Below are positions 10,253-21,008 of a DNA stretch of 64,000 nucleotides, piece by piece. The stretch spans positions 5,504,001 to 5,568,000 of the forward strand of contig OY760937.1 in assembly GCA_963664225.1 (NCBI GenBank). The letters are read 5' to 3'. The notes beneath the pieces are model-generated. The model was not told the DNA's origin. It searched no databases and saw only the letters and a program-made list of their open reading frames with translations. Origin of the DNA: Verrucomicrobiia bacterium (lineage in GTDB: Bacteria; Verrucomicrobiota; Verrucomicrobiia; Limisphaerales; UBA1319). Each line of letters starts with the position of its first letter. Positions within the stretch are counted from its first letter, which is position 1. The position numbers were made by a program, and so were the translations under genes.

Positions 10253-11998
10253 ATGAAATTGGATGGCGCAAGGCAGGACGTCGGGGATTTGTTGCTTGAT
10301 AGAGGCAAACTCAGTGAGAAGCATTTGGAACTGGCGCGGCGGCGTCAGGTGCGGCTTAAGATTCCCCAGCACAGGGCCATTGTCGATTTGAATTACGCCT
10401 CAGAGGAGGATACCTACCAGGCGCTGGCCGTAATCAATCACCTGGATTTTGTTGACCTAACTAAAGTCGATATCAGTGCTGAGATTTTGGGACTGGTCCC
10501 GGTCAAACTTGCGCTTCATTACCGGGTGATCCCCATGGCATTGGAGGCGGGTTTGCTAACCCTGGCCGTCGCGGAGCCGCCCCCTTTGAATGACCAGGGC
10601 AATTTGAGGCTGTTGCTTGGGAAGCGGTTGAAATTCGTCATTGTCACCCCCAGCAGCATTCATGCGGTCATCAAAAAGCATTTTGGGTTGGGGGCGGACA
10701 CCATCCAGCAGTTAAGGGATGGCCAGGGCATTCAAGACAACTACCAGGAGGTGGTGTTCGACATTAAATCGATCGATGAGAACAGCAATGTCGATGCCTC
10801 CATTTCAGCCTTTGTCGATCAAATCCTCCTTGAGGCGTTGCGGTTGGACGCCACCGATATTCATCTTGAACCTTATCCTGATACCATTCGATTGCGCTAT
10901 CGTGTTGACGGTTTGCTGCAGGATATTCCGGTACCTGCGGGTCTCCGACAGGTTCATGATTCGATTGTTTCACGACTGAAGGTCATGGCGGGGTTGAATA
11001 TTGCCGAACGACGGATTCCCCATGACGGGCGAATCGCCATGAAAACCGGCGGCGAAGATTACGCGTTGCGCGTTTCGATCATTCCCACCAAACATGGCGA
11101 GGCGGTGTGTCTGCGCATTCTGGGACGTCAAAGCCTCTTTCTGGACATGGCTCAATTGGGCATGGAAGCGGACCAGCAGGCCACCATGGAGGCGCTGACG
11201 AAACTACCGCAGGGGATGGTCCTAATCACCGGGCCGACTGGCAGCGGTAAAACGACAACTTTGTATGCGGCTCTGGCCCATGCCAACGACACGGGGCGAA
11301 AAATCATCACGATCGAAAACCCTGTGGAATACCAGCTTGAGGGAATTTCCCAGATACAAACGCACGAGGAAATCGGAATGACCTTTGCGAGCGCCCTGCG
11401 CTCAGTGCTGCGTCATGACCCCGACGTCATACTGATTGGTGAGATTCGCGACAGCGAAACAGCGGAAATTGCAATCCGGGCGGCGCAAACGGGACATTTG
11501 GTGTTTTCGACTCTGCACACAAACGACAGCGTGAGCGCCATCACGCGATTGTTGGAAATGCGCATTGAACCCTTTCTTGTGGGAGCCTCCCTGGTTTGCA
11601 GCATCGCGCAGCGGCTCGCCCGGCGTATTTGCCGCAATTGCATGGAGGAGGACAGGAATATTCCTGAATTGATCCGAAATGAGATGGCCAAGGTGCTTGC
11701 AATATCACCGTCTGAAGTGCGCGCATGGAATGGCAAGGGATGCGTGGAATGCAACCAGAATGGTTTTCGCGGGCGCGTGGCCCTGTATGAATTTTTTATC
11801 CTTACCGATCCAGTCATCGACATGCTCGAACCTGGAGTTCGTACAGGCCAGCTTCGCGGTGTGGCCATGCAAGCAGGTTGGAAGCCGATGCGCCACCAGG
11901 GTTTTTTGAAGGTACAATCCGGATTGATCTCAATTTCCGAATTGCAGCGGTTGACCATGCGCGTGAACGAGTATGCGCTGGCGGCCGGAACCGGATAG
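10253..11998 (+). CDS. GspE/PilB family secretion/pilus assembly ATPase
   Basis: ATDIHLEP, RYRVDG, Walker A GPTGSGKTT, LRHDPDVILIGEIRD, TGHLVFSTLHTN, and tetra-Cys motif CRNC...CVEC. Confidence 0.95.
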   Translation: MKLDGARQDVGDLLLDRGKLSEKHLELARRRQVRLKIPQHRAIVDLNYASEEDTYQALAVINHLDFVDLTKVDISAEILGLVPVKLALHYRVIPMALEAGLLTLAVAEPPPLNDQGNLRLLLGKRLKFVIVTPSSIHAVIKKHFGLGADTIQQLRDGQGIQDNYQEVVFDIKSIDENSNVDASISAFVDQILLEALRLDATDIHLEPYPDTIRLRYRVDGLLQDIPVPAGLRQVHDSIVSRLKVMAGLNIAERRIPHDGRIAMKTGGEDYALRVSIIPTKHGEAVCLRILGRQSLFLDMAQLGMEADQQATMEALTKLPQGMVLITGPTGSGKTTTLYAALAHANDTGRKIITIENPVEYQLEGISQIQTHEEIGMTFASALRSVLRHDPDVILIGEIRDSETAEIAIRAAQTGHLVFSTLHTNDSVSAITRLLEMRIEPFLVGASLVCSIAQRLARRICRNCMEEDRNIPELIRNEMAKVLAISPSEVRAWNGKGCVECNQNGFRGRVALYEFFILTDPVIDMLEPGVRTGQLRGVAMQAGWKPMRHQGFLKVQSGLISISELQRLTMRVNEYALAAGTG

Positions 11999-12087
11999 CA
12001 GATTCCCCACTCGTTGCGGATTGCTTCTTTTCGCTTAACAAACGGCCCCTGTTTTCATTATGACTTGCGTGGAATTGTTATTTGCAC

Positions 12088-13230
12088 ATGAATAATTTGT
12101 ATCGTTGCTGGGCGGAAATCGATCTGAGCGCGCTGCGGGAAAACCTTGCGTGGATTCGCGCGCGTGTGGGACCACAGGTCAAGATAATGACTGTTGTGAA
12201 GGCCGATGCCTATGGGCACGGTTTGAAGGAAATTGCGGCGCTTCTGATGCAGAGCGGCACGGATGTTTTTGGCGTGGCCAACCTCTCCGAAGCCCGAAAT
12301 GTGCGCAGCGTGGGCCGCGGCTGGCCAATTCTGATGTTGGGCGCCTGCCTGCCCGATGAGGTGGATAGCGCGGTGCGAGACGAAATCATGCCCACGATTT
12401 CCACATTGGAAGAGGCGCAGTGGTTTTCTGCCGCCGCAGTTAAATTCAGAAAGAAAGTTCACGCGCATTTAAAGGTCGATACCGGCATGGGCCGATTGGG
12501 GGTGGAACCGGGAGGCGCCCTGGAATTGGTGTTGGAGATAAAACGCCTGCCAGGACTGGAGATCGAAGGTGTGTACACGCACTATGCAGCCGTGGAAGAT
12601 GACGCTCCATTTTCCAAAAAACAGGCTCAGGCCATTCACAAGGTGGCTGACGAATTGCAGGCAGCGGGTGTGAATGTTCCCTTTATGCATGCCAACAGCA
12701 GTGGGGGAATCATATGGGAAAAGGAGACGCTATTTAACCTGGTTCGTCCCGGACTGCTGGTTTATGGCGTGGTGCCCAGTGGCTCGCGTGTCATGGAAGA
12801 AGCATTGAGTCAACATTTCCGACCAGCGCTGTCATTAAAATGCCGCGTGAGTCTGGTTAAGGATATTCCCAAGGGCAAAACATTAAGTTATGGTCATACC
12901 TTTTGCGCCCCGTCGCCAATGCGTGTTGCCACTTTGACGGCTGGCTACGGTGACGGTTATCTGCGAGTTGGAAGCAACCGGTCCCAGGTTCTGATTCAAG
13001 GCCGTCGATGCAGGATTTTAGGGCGTATCACAATGGACCAGATGATGGTCGATGTGACGGGGATCGATGGTGTCCGAATGGGTGATGAAGCGGTGTTGAT
13101 CGGATGTCAGGGTGAAGGCAAAATCAGTGTCAACGAAGTCGCAGAGTGGTTTGGCACTATTCCCTGGGAGGTTCTAACGAACATCACCTATCGCGTTCCA
13201 AGACTTTATAACGGTATTCATGCCTCCTGA
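12088..13230 (+). CDS. alr: Alanine racemase
   Basis: VVKADAYGHG (PLP lysine), HLKVDTGMGRLG, VRPGLLVYG, GYGDGY, GRITMDQ. Confidence 0.97.
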   Translation: MNNLYRCWAEIDLSALRENLAWIRARVGPQVKIMTVVKADAYGHGLKEIAALLMQSGTDVFGVANLSEARNVRSVGRGWPILMLGACLPDEVDSAVRDEIMPTISTLEEAQWFSAAAVKFRKKVHAHLKVDTGMGRLGVEPGGALELVLEIKRLPGLEIEGVYTHYAAVEDDAPFSKKQAQAIHKVADELQAAGVNVPFMHANSSGGIIWEKETLFNLVRPGLLVYGVVPSGSRVMEEALSQHFRPALSLKCRVSLVKDIPKGKTLSYGHTFCAPSPMRVATLTAGYGDGYLRVGSNRSQVLIQGRRCRILGRITMDQMMVDVTGIDGVRMGDEAVLIGCQGEGKISVNEVAEWFGTIPWEVLTNITYRVPRLYNGIHAS

Positions 13231-13412
13231 TGGCAATTGCTGTGGCGAATGGACCATCGTGAGAGATTGCAGGATGGATTCAATTGTGTTATTCTCCGCA
13301 TGTTAGGTGTTGCGGGGCTGTGTCCCCCAGGTGGCAGACAGATAAAGTTTTGAACATTAACCGAAGGCGGGTGTAACATTAATCCATGCCTTCACATGGA
13401 GGATATAAGACG

Positions 13413-13967
13413 ATGAACAAGTTTATTAAATCAAGTTTTGCGTTTGGTGCCGGGCTGATCCTTTTGGCAGGATGCGAAAAGAAAGAGGCTACGCCTCCTG
13501 TGCAGGAGCCAGCCAAAGCGACAGCAAGTCAACCAGCCGATCTGGGGACAATGATAGAGAAAACAACGAATGCGGCCATGCAAATGGGCAACGAAGTTAC
13601 GAATGCAGTGACCAGCATTCAGCAGGAAGCGGATAAGGCCGCCGCAAAGGCACTGGAGCAGGCAACACAAGCGGTTGACACCCTCAAAAAGGAAACCAAT
13701 TCGCTGCTCAATCCGCTGACTGAAAAAACGAACGCCGTTTCGTCGATTGCGGACAGTGCTACGAAAGTCATTGACGCTGCCAAAAAGCTGACTGGTGAAA
13801 ACAAGTACGATGAAGCCCTCAAGATGCTGGGAACGCTCGCTTCCGGTAAATTAACTCCTGACCAACAAAAGATGGTTGATTCGCTAAAGGATCAGATCCA
13901 GAAGGCGATGGCTGCCAAAGCGACGGATTCCGCAACTAAGGCTCTTGGTGGTGTTCTAAGTAAGTAA
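13413..13967 (+). CDS. Ala/Lys/Thr-rich helical lipoprotein of unknown function
   Basis: GGAGG RBS at 13398-13402; signal peptide with lipobox LLAG-C. Confidence 0.75.
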   Translation: MNKFIKSSFAFGAGLILLAGCEKKEATPPVQEPAKATASQPADLGTMIEKTTNAAMQMGNEVTNAVTSIQQEADKAAAKALEQATQAVDTLKKETNSLLNPLTEKTNAVSSIADSATKVIDAAKKLTGENKYDEALKMLGTLASGKLTPDQQKMVDSLKDQIQKAMAAKATDSATKALGGVLSK

Positions 13968-13998
13968 TGCGTAACTGTCAACATATATGACATTTTAG

Positions 13999-14023
13999 AA
14001 GGGCCGCCTCTTGCGGCCCTTTT
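13999..14023 (+). terminator. Rho-independent terminator
   Basis: Hairpin aagggccgc-ctctt-gcggccctt followed by a short T run, ~30 bp after the lipoprotein stop. Confidence 0.65.
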
Positions 14024-14246
14024 GCATGGTTCGTCACGCGCGACTCGGATACGGCAGCCGAAACAGAGACGAAGCCATGAGTTGAGGGGTGGCCGGGGGC
14101 ATGGCGTGTTAGCTTGCAAGGCGGACCCAACAATCTGGCCGACCTTCTCGAAATGAGATTGTTTTTAGAACGCTGAGTCATTGTTTTTTGATTCTCTTTT
14201 GGTGGAATCCGTCCTGACCACTCCGTTTAAAGTCTGGAATGCGGTA

Positions 14247-14274
14247 TTGACGCGAAGTGCGGCCTTCATATTCT
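14247..14274 (+). promoter_or_regulatory. Possible sigma70 promoter (near-leaderless transcript) for the GH43 gene
   Basis: TTGACG-16 bp-TATTCT ending 6 nt before ATG 14281. Confidence 0.3.
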
Positions 14275-14280
14275 TGTTTC

Positions 14281-15411
14281 ATGAACTCAGCAACAGACAA
14301 ACCTGATCCAATGCAGGCACATGGGTCATGCTTTTTTCATGCGCGGTTCTTTCCCGCATTTTTCAAGCACCGATTTGTTTCGTGGAGCTTGCTGGTAGGT
14401 TTGGCATTTAGTCTCAACTCTGTTTTTGCAGAGGGCCCTGGCTCGGGAAGAAATATTGGAGGATTGAACAATTACACCAATCCAATTGTGCGTTCAGGCG
14501 CGGATCCTTGGGTGATACAACATGGCGGGGCCTATTATTTTTGTCAGTCTTCGGGACGAAATGTTCGGATTGCAAAGGCCAACCGGATTCAGGACATTGG
14601 TAAAGGGCCGTGGGTCACCGTTTGGACGCCCACGCCGGGCACCGCCACTTCCTCAGAAATATGGGCTCCTGAGCTGCATTATCTGCGTGGAAATTGGTAT
14701 GTCTATGTCGCGGCAGACGATGGGGAAAACGCGCATCATCGCATGTATGTGCTCAAGGGGACGTCTCGAGATCCTCAGGGGCAATTTGAGATGGTCGGGA
14801 AGATCGCCGCGCCAACGGATCGGTGGGCCATTGACGGCACCGTGCTGGAGATGCCCGGTGATCGGTTGTATTTCATCTGGTCCGGCTGGGAAGGCATGGA
14901 AAATGTCGTGCAAAACATCTACATTGCACCTATGAGCGATCCAGTGACCATCAGCGGCGAGCGCATGCTGATTTCAAAACCCGAATATGACTGGGAATTG
15001 CACGGACGGCCTCTCATCAACGAAGGTCCGGAAGTGCTTCGGCGGGGGACGAACGTCTTTATTATTTACTCGGCCAGTGGAAGCTGGAGCGATGATTATT
15101 GTTTGGGACAGCTTTCATGGACCGGCAGTGATGTACTGAATCCGAACTCCTGGGTGAAGAAGAAGACTGCGGTTTTCTCCCGGACGGCGAACGTGTTCGG
15201 GCCGGGGCATTGCTCATTTGTGAAATCACCGGATGGCACCGAGGATTGGATTGTATTCCATTCCGCGAAGAAAAGCGGTTCCGGCTGGAATCGACAAGTC
15301 AGCATGCAGAAGTTTGGATGGGATTCCACCGGGGCGCCTGATTTTGGGATCCCAGTTGGCTCTGGAATCCCCCTGGGCTTTCCTTCGGAAGGGCATGGCA
15401 GAATCAAATAA
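14281..15411 (+). CDS. Glycoside hydrolase family 43 (arabinofuranosidase/xylosidase-like), probably exported
   Basis: ADPWV, IWAPELH, WAIDGT, INEGP and GPGH motifs; hydrophobic N-terminal segment. Exact start uncertain. Confidence 0.9.
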   Translation: MNSATDKPDPMQAHGSCFFHARFFPAFFKHRFVSWSLLVGLAFSLNSVFAEGPGSGRNIGGLNNYTNPIVRSGADPWVIQHGGAYYFCQSSGRNVRIAKANRIQDIGKGPWVTVWTPTPGTATSSEIWAPELHYLRGNWYVYVAADDGENAHHRMYVLKGTSRDPQGQFEMVGKIAAPTDRWAIDGTVLEMPGDRLYFIWSGWEGMENVVQNIYIAPMSDPVTISGERMLISKPEYDWELHGRPLINEGPEVLRRGTNVFIIYSASGSWSDDYCLGQLSWTGSDVLNPNSWVKKKTAVFSRTANVFGPGHCSFVKSPDGTEDWIVFHSAKKSGSGWNRQVSMQKFGWDSTGAPDFGIPVGSGIPLGFPSEGHGRIK

Positions 15412-15453
15412 TTTGGAACGGATGGACGACAAGAACCCCTAAAACATCATAAA

Positions 15454-16599
15454 ATGGCGAAAAAACTGAATATCGGATTGGTTGGTTATGGCTTCATGGG
15501 ACGAACCCATTCCAATGGATACCGGCGCGTGCCCAATTTTTTCAATCTGGATTATGAACCGGTTCTCAAAGCAGTGTGTGCCCGGAGTGTCGATAAGCTC
15601 AAGCCGTTTGCGGACCAATGGGGCTACGAGTCGATCGAGTCCGATTGGCGCAAGTTGGTCGAGCGAAAAGATATTGATGTTATTGATATTTGCACACCCA
15701 ACAACTCCCATGCGGAAATTGCGATTGCTGCTGCGAAAGCCGGGAAGATGGTCTTGTGCGAAAAGCCGTTGTCCATGAACGGACCGGAGGGACGCAAAAT
15801 GGTGGCCGTTGTCGAGAAAGCCGGGGTTCCCAACATGGTTTGGTATAATTACCGAAGGGTTCCAGCGGTGACATTGGCCAAGCAATTCATCGATGAAGGA
15901 CGACTTGGACGGATCTTTCATTATCGTGCCAAGTTTTTGCAGGATTGGACGATCAGTCCCGAACTTCCGCAAGGCGGTGCTGGGCTGTGGCGGCTGGATG
16001 TCAAATCCGCCGGGAGCGGCGTAACCGGGGATCTGTTGGCCCACTGTATTGACACGGCCGTGTGGCTCAACGGAGGAATGACCAAGGTTAGTGCCATGAC
16101 GGAGACCTTTGTCAAGGAGCGCAAACATACCTTGTCTGGAAAGGTGGAAAAAGTCGGAATCGACGATGCTTGCGCGTTCCTGGCGCGTTTCGAAAACGGA
16201 TCGTTGGCCACTTTCGAATCAACACGTTACGCCCGAGGGCATAAGGCTCTGTATACCTTTGAAATCAACGGCGAACACGCCTCCATCGCGTGGGATCTTC
16301 ACGACCTGCATCGGCTGCAATTTTTCGATCATAAAGACGAAAGCAAAACACGCGGCTGGCGTTCGATTCACGTCACAGACGGTGATCATCCATACATGGA
16401 CAAGTGGTGGGTGCCCGGACTACAGATCGGCTACGAGCACAGTTTCGTACATCAAGTGGCTGATTTTATTGTGGGATTGTCCACTGGCAAACCGGCGAGC
16501 CCGACATTCCGGGATGCACTGGAAACGCAGTTCATCTGCGATGCGGTGCTCAAATCAGGCAAATCAGGCAAATGGGTGAACGTGCCGAAGGTGAATTAG
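15454..16599 (+). CDS. Gfo/Idh/MocA family oxidoreductase
   Basis: Rossmann [13 protein letters not shown] motif, [14 protein letters not shown]. Confidence 0.92.
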   Translation: MAKKLNIGLVGYGFMGRTHSNGYRRVPNFFNLDYEPVLKAVCARSVDKLKPFADQWGYESIESDWRKLVERKDIDVIDICTPNNSHAEIAIAAAKAGKMVLCEKPLSMNGPEGRKMVAVVEKAGVPNMVWYNYRRVPAVTLAKQFIDEGRLGRIFHYRAKFLQDWTISPELPQGGAGLWRLDVKSAGSGVTGDLLAHCIDTAVWLNGGMTKVSAMTETFVKERKHTLSGKVEKVGIDDACAFLARFENGSLATFESTRYARGHKALYTFEINGEHASIAWDLHDLHRLQFFDHKDESKTRGWRSIHVTDGDHPYMDKWWVPGLQIGYEHSFVHQVADFIVGLSTGKPASPTFRDALETQFICDAVLKSGKSGKWVNVPKVN

Positions 16600-16674
16600 T
16601 CCACCGCTCTTGACTGGTGTTGTTAAAGACATTGGGATGCGTGGGATCGTCATGATCGCGCGCGTCCTTTGATA

Positions 16675-17970
16675 TCAAGCGTGTCGGCGGTGCATGATCG
16701 ATTCAATTTCATCGAGTTCCAAGGGAATATCATCCATCAAATCGACCGGACCCTGCTCAGTTACAAGGATGGTATTTTCAAGGCGGATGCCCAGTCTTTC
16801 CTCCGGAATATAGATGCCCGGTTCGCAGGTCATCACCCAACCGGCCTGCATGGGCCGTGTCGTGTAACCCACATCATGGACATCCAGACCGATGGGATGG
16901 CCGACGCCGTGCATGAAATACTTTTTGAATGCAGGCTGTTCCTTCGATTGTTTTTTGATGTCTTGCAGAGAGATCAAACCCAAATCGACCAATTCCTTTT
17001 CCGTGAGTTGCTCGGCTTCTTTTTGCCAGTCCTTGGGCAGTTTGCCGGGAGTCAGGAGTTTTGACGCGCCCCGGAAAACACGCAGCACAGCGTTATAAAC
17101 CTGTTTTTGTCGGCGGGAAAAACGGCCACTTACTGGAATGGTTCGGGTGAGGTCGGAATTGTAGTTGGAATACGCGGCTGCCGTATCCATTAACACCAGC
17201 TCACCTTTGCGACATTCGGTGTTGTTGGAATTGTAATGCAGAGCGCAGGCATTGGCCCCGGCAGCGATAATCGGCAGGTACGCGAAACGGCAACGATTGC
17301 GAATAAATTCGTGGGCCAGCTCGGCTTCGATATCTGCCTCGTTGAAACCCGGCTTCAAACATCGCACGACGCGGACAAAACCCTGACCGGTGATTTTGCA
17401 GGCCTGGCGAATGGCGTCGATCTCGAGTTGGGATTTTACAATCCGCAGTGTGTGGAGCAGACGCGCAAGGCGATGGTATTGATGAAGAGGATATTTGCGC
17501 TGGCATTGCGCAACAAACCGGGCATCGCGGGTTTCGACCTCAACTTCGGCGCGCTTATGCTCATTGGAATTTAGATAGACATGATCGCAATCGCACATCA
17601 GGCGATGGAAGAAAGACGGAAACTCGCTCAGCCATTGAATATTCTGGATGCCCGAAATCTTTCGGGCTTCCTCCTTGGTCAACTTATGGCCTTCCCAGAT
17701 TTGGGCGTGCACGGAGGGCTCGCGCAAAAAAAGGATTTCACGAAGATTTTCCTCCGGCGCATCGGGGAAGAGAAGAACGAGGCTTTGCTCCTGGGAGACG
17801 CCAGTGAGATAAAACAGGTCGGAATTGGGGATCGTTGCCATGGAACCATCGGCGTTGGTGGGAGGAATGTCATTGGCGTTGGCCACGGCAATGGAATTGG
17901 GAAGCATGAGATTCATGAGACGCTCCCGGTTTCCGCTAAACAACTTGGAATCAAAATTGATGGCTCGCAT
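16675..17970 (-). CDS. pepP: Xaa-Pro aminopeptidase (aminopeptidase P, M24 family)
   Basis: SDLFYLTG, LHY, SDLTRTIP, HGVGHPIGLDVHD, EPGIY, GIRLEN. Confidence 0.9.
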   Translation of the reverse strand: MRAINFDSKLFSGNRERLMNLMLPNSIAVANANDIPPTNADGSMATIPNSDLFYLTGVSQEQSLVLLFPDAPEENLREILFLREPSVHAQIWEGHKLTKEEARKISGIQNIQWLSEFPSFFHRLMCDCDHVYLNSNEHKRAEVEVETRDARFVAQCQRKYPLHQYHRLARLLHTLRIVKSQLEIDAIRQACKITGQGFVRVVRCLKPGFNEADIEAELAHEFIRNRCRFAYLPIIAAGANACALHYNSNNTECRKGELVLMDTAAAYSNYNSDLTRTIPVSGRFSRRQKQVYNAVLRVFRGASKLLTPGKLPKDWQKEAEQLTEKELVDLGLISLQDIKKQSKEQPAFKKYFMHGVGHPIGLDVHDVGYTTRPMQAGWVMTCEPGIYIPEERLGIRLENTILVTEQGPVDLMDDIPLELDEIESIMHRRHA

Positions 17971-18078
17971 GTATATCCGAAGCTCCTACCAAACAGGCTT
18001 GGTGCAGTCGAGTTGTTTTATGATGGTGCCGAGGGATTGGGAGATGACAAATCGCGAACCCACATTAAAGTAATGGTC

Positions 18079-18795
18079 ATGAACGCCGGAGACGAGTTTA
18101 AACAAACTGCCGTAATCAATACGTTGCGGGGGTGCCAGTTGTTTGCCGGATTGCCGGCTGCTGATCTGCGGAATATTGCGGATATTACCGTGCTTAAGAA
18201 ACTGGCCAAGGGGGATTACCTTTTCCGAGAAGGCGATCCAGCCGTGGGATTTTTTGTGGTTCAATCGGGATCTCTGAACGTGCATCGGCTGAATCCCTCC
18301 GGAAAAGAGCAGGTAATCCATGTGTTTCGGGCGAGCGAATCCTTTGCTGAAGCCACACTGGCGTCGGACGGAGGATATCCAGCCGATTCGCGCGCGTTGG
18401 AGGCGTGCCAGGTTTTGCTTGTTCAAAAGGCTGAATTCACATCGCTCATCAAGCGCCAACCTGAATTGGGATTGAGAATGCTCGGTTCGATGGCGCTCCA
18501 TTTGCGTGTTCTCGTGGGCCGGTTGGACGATCTGACCGCCAAAGATGTTGAAACTCGACTGGCTCACTGGCTGGTAAAACGCTGCCCGCAACCTCCAAGC
18601 GATATTCCCCATGTGATTGATCTGCCTATGACCAAACGTGTACTTGCTTCTGAATTGGGCACGGTGAGTGAGACTTTTTCAAGGACATTGGCCAAATTCC
18701 GGGATCAAAACCTGATCGAGGTTCATGGAAAGGCCGTGACGATTCATTCACCCGCAAAATTGGACAGGATGGTTCGTGAACGTTTTGGGGAATAA
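18079..18795 (+). CDS. Crp/Fnr family transcriptional regulator (Dnr/NnrR-like, no Fnr cysteine cluster)
   Basis: cNMP domain LFREGDP...ESFAE and HTH LASELGTVSETFSRTL. Start at ATG 18079 or 18073. Confidence 0.9.
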   Translation: MNAGDEFKQTAVINTLRGCQLFAGLPAADLRNIADITVLKKLAKGDYLFREGDPAVGFFVVQSGSLNVHRLNPSGKEQVIHVFRASESFAEATLASDGGYPADSRALEACQVLLVQKAEFTSLIKRQPELGLRMLGSMALHLRVLVGRLDDLTAKDVETRLAHWLVKRCPQPPSDIPHVIDLPMTKRVLASELGTVSETFSRTLAKFRDQNLIEVHGKAVTIHSPAKLDRMVRERFGE

Positions 18796-18924
18796 ACGAC
18801 GGTATTATCAGTCTTGAAAATGGCATTATAGTTGCTATCTTCAAACCCGTGGCAGGTCGTAATAACTTTGAGGCAGCTTAGTTGTGATGACTTGCTAGTT
18901 TGGGTTGGACATCAGCCGTTCGTG

Positions 18925-19878
18925 TCATGAAAATGATGCGAACGGCGCATTCTTTTCATGGATACTGCGCCATTTTTCCAAAAGTCGGGTATAAACGTAA
19001 TCCACGCTCAAGCCGCCAAGCCCAGTTTCGGAGAATAATTTATCAAAACGCTTATTTCGGGGTTTCCAAATGTTTGGATTGGTAGGGCCCCAAAGAACCA
19101 TTCCATGAATGCCTAATGCCGCCGCCAAATGGGAAATGCCAGAATCATGGCCAATGAACAGGCTGCACTGGGATAACATCTGCGCCAATAAGGCGAGTGG
19201 AAGATTTATGGCAGGGGTGATGCGTTCGCTTGAAAAACGTCGGCACAAAGTTGCCAGACGGCTGGCCTCAGCTTCGCCTCCTATCATCAAAATGCGCCAT
19301 TGGGTCGTCTCCAACAGACGCTCCACGAGGTGAAACCAACGCTCGGGATGCCAGTTCTTTTGCTCGCTTCCACTGCCTGGATGCAAGGCGATCCAATCCG
19401 CATGCGGCAACCGGCATTCTATTGAAATGGGAACCTGCAATTTTGGCACGGGATCCGCATCATGAATGCCGATGGTTTCGAGGGGTTTAAGTAAGACATC
19501 GGTGGCGTGGAGGCCAAGGCGTTCATCAGGGTGATGAGGACCGCAAAGATACTGGCCATCGCTGGCGCGCTTGATGTTAATCTCCAAAAGTCTTTGAGGA
19601 TCATGCAGATAAGAGATGAATAGATCGATTTGAGAGAAATACTCGCACCAAACAGGATCCAGGTTGGCATCCGCCACAAAAAATCCGGCCAATGTTGGGG
19701 ATTCGACCGATCTGACCTGCTCGGCCAAGCCTCCGGCGACCGCAAGTGAGGCGATTTGGGGGTAACCGAGAATCTCAATGCGCGAATTGGGGTGGCGACG
19801 CTTTAATGCGGCCAATACGGGCAGTGTCAGAAGGAAATCCCCTATGGCACCGCCGCGCATGACAAGAATCTTATCCAT
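18925..19878 (-). CDS. Glycosyltransferase family 9 (heptosyltransferase-like)
   Basis: ILVMRGGAIGD, LHPGSGS..KNW, GHDSGISHLAAALG, WGPT. Confidence 0.9.
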   Translation of the reverse strand: MDKILVMRGGAIGDFLLTLPVLAALKRRHPNSRIEILGYPQIASLAVAGGLAEQVRSVESPTLAGFFVADANLDPVWCEYFSQIDLFISYLHDPQRLLEINIKRASDGQYLCGPHHPDERLGLHATDVLLKPLETIGIHDADPVPKLQVPISIECRLPHADWIALHPGSGSEQKNWHPERWFHLVERLLETTQWRILMIGGEAEASRLATLCRRFSSERITPAINLPLALLAQMLSQCSLFIGHDSGISHLAAALGIHGMVLWGPTNPNIWKPRNKRFDKLFSETGLGGLSVDYVYTRLLEKWRSIHEKNAPFASFS

Positions 19879-19926
19879 TATTCCGACTCGATCAGTACCG
19901 CACGGAAGTCATTTGCGGGATAGTAC

Positions 19927-20817
19927 TTACGATTTGAAGTAATGGCGCATTTTCTCCGAGATCGGACGCTCCAGTTTCTCCAACACTTGGAGCATGTCCT
20001 CCCAAACCTCACGTTTGATCGACATTGATTGGTTTCTGAGCAGGTAGGCAGGATGGTAAGTGGGCATTAACGGAGTTCCATGAAACTCCTGGAAATGGCC
20101 GCGCAATTTGGTGATGCCCAATGTCTTGCCGATGAGTCCTTCCACCGCAGTGGTGCCAAGGGCCACGATGACCTTGGGTTTGATGATTTCGATCTGGGCC
20201 AGCAAATATGGAAGGCAAGTGTTCATCTCTTCCGGGGTCGGCTTGCGATTTCCTGCGGATTGGCCGGGGGTGTCGGGACGGCATTTTAGGATATTGGCAA
20301 TGAATACGGTGTCCCGGCTAAACTCCATGGCTTGAATGATTTTCGTCAGCAGTAGGCCGGCTTTACCGACAAACGGTTCGCCTTGTTCGTCCTCGTCTGC
20401 TCCGGGAGCTTCACCGACAAACATCAAGGTAGCCTTGGGATCACCGACGCCAAAAACGACCGATTTTCGTGAACGCGCCAAATGGGGACAATTCTGGCAT
20501 ACAATCACACGGGAGCGGAGTTCCGCGAGAGGATCTGCCTGTCCAGATTTACGTGTGGGAGCGGGTGCAAGCGTCTGTGGCATGGATGCTGCTCCCCTTG
20601 GTTTTTTTGAGGTTATCCCCGCAGTGGGAGCCTCCGGCTGAGTTGGAAGCTTTGCAGACTTCGCGGGCGCGGTCGTTCTTGGACTGGCGGCTGGAACCAC
20701 CTTTTTTAAGGAGGCCAGGGTTTCGGGCTTTACAGCCACAAATTTCGCTCCGCGCGCTTTCATGCCCCGAACGTGTCGGATTGTTGCTTCCAGGAGTTGA
20801 TCGGATAAATCTGCCAT
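19927..20817 (-). CDS. Uracil-DNA glycosylase, family 4 (Fe-S)
   Basis: CQNC, VGEAPG, GEPFVGKAG, NILKCRP, TYHPAYLLR. Confidence 0.92.
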   Translation of the reverse strand: MADLSDQLLEATIRHVRGMKARGAKFVAVKPETLASLKKVVPAASPRTTAPAKSAKLPTQPEAPTAGITSKKPRGAASMPQTLAPAPTRKSGQADPLAELRSRVIVCQNCPHLARSRKSVVFGVGDPKATLMFVGEAPGADEDEQGEPFVGKAGLLLTKIIQAMEFSRDTVFIANILKCRPDTPGQSAGNRKPTPEEMNTCLPYLLAQIEIIKPKVIVALGTTAVEGLIGKTLGITKLRGHFQEFHGTPLMPTYHPAYLLRNQSMSIKREVWEDMLQVLEKLERPISEKMRHYFKS

Positions 20818-20937
20818 CGCACAAATTGTAGTCAGCCCCGCCGTCCATGCACGGAAAATTTGAGGCGCTGGTCAAAAACGAGCGCGCACCAAATTTCAGA
20901 AGCCTGAGAGCGGGATAGGCCAGCGATCTCGTTCAGT

Positions 20938-20977
20938 CGGCATTGCGTTGAATTTGGTCGCATTCAACACAATGCCG
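20938..20977. terminator. Imperfect inverted repeat downstream of the SGNH gene (terminator or REP-like)
   Basis: cggcattgcgttgaat / attcaacacaatgccg: 16-bp stem with one mismatch. Confidence 0.45.
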
Positions 20978-21008
20978 CCAAGTCGGAGTTGCTGCCGCTG
21001 GAAGCGCC

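Noticed and set aside
17581..18078. N-terminal extension making the Crp/Fnr protein 404 aa
   Set aside because: It overlaps pepP on the opposite strand; Crp-like sequence starts only at ~18079.
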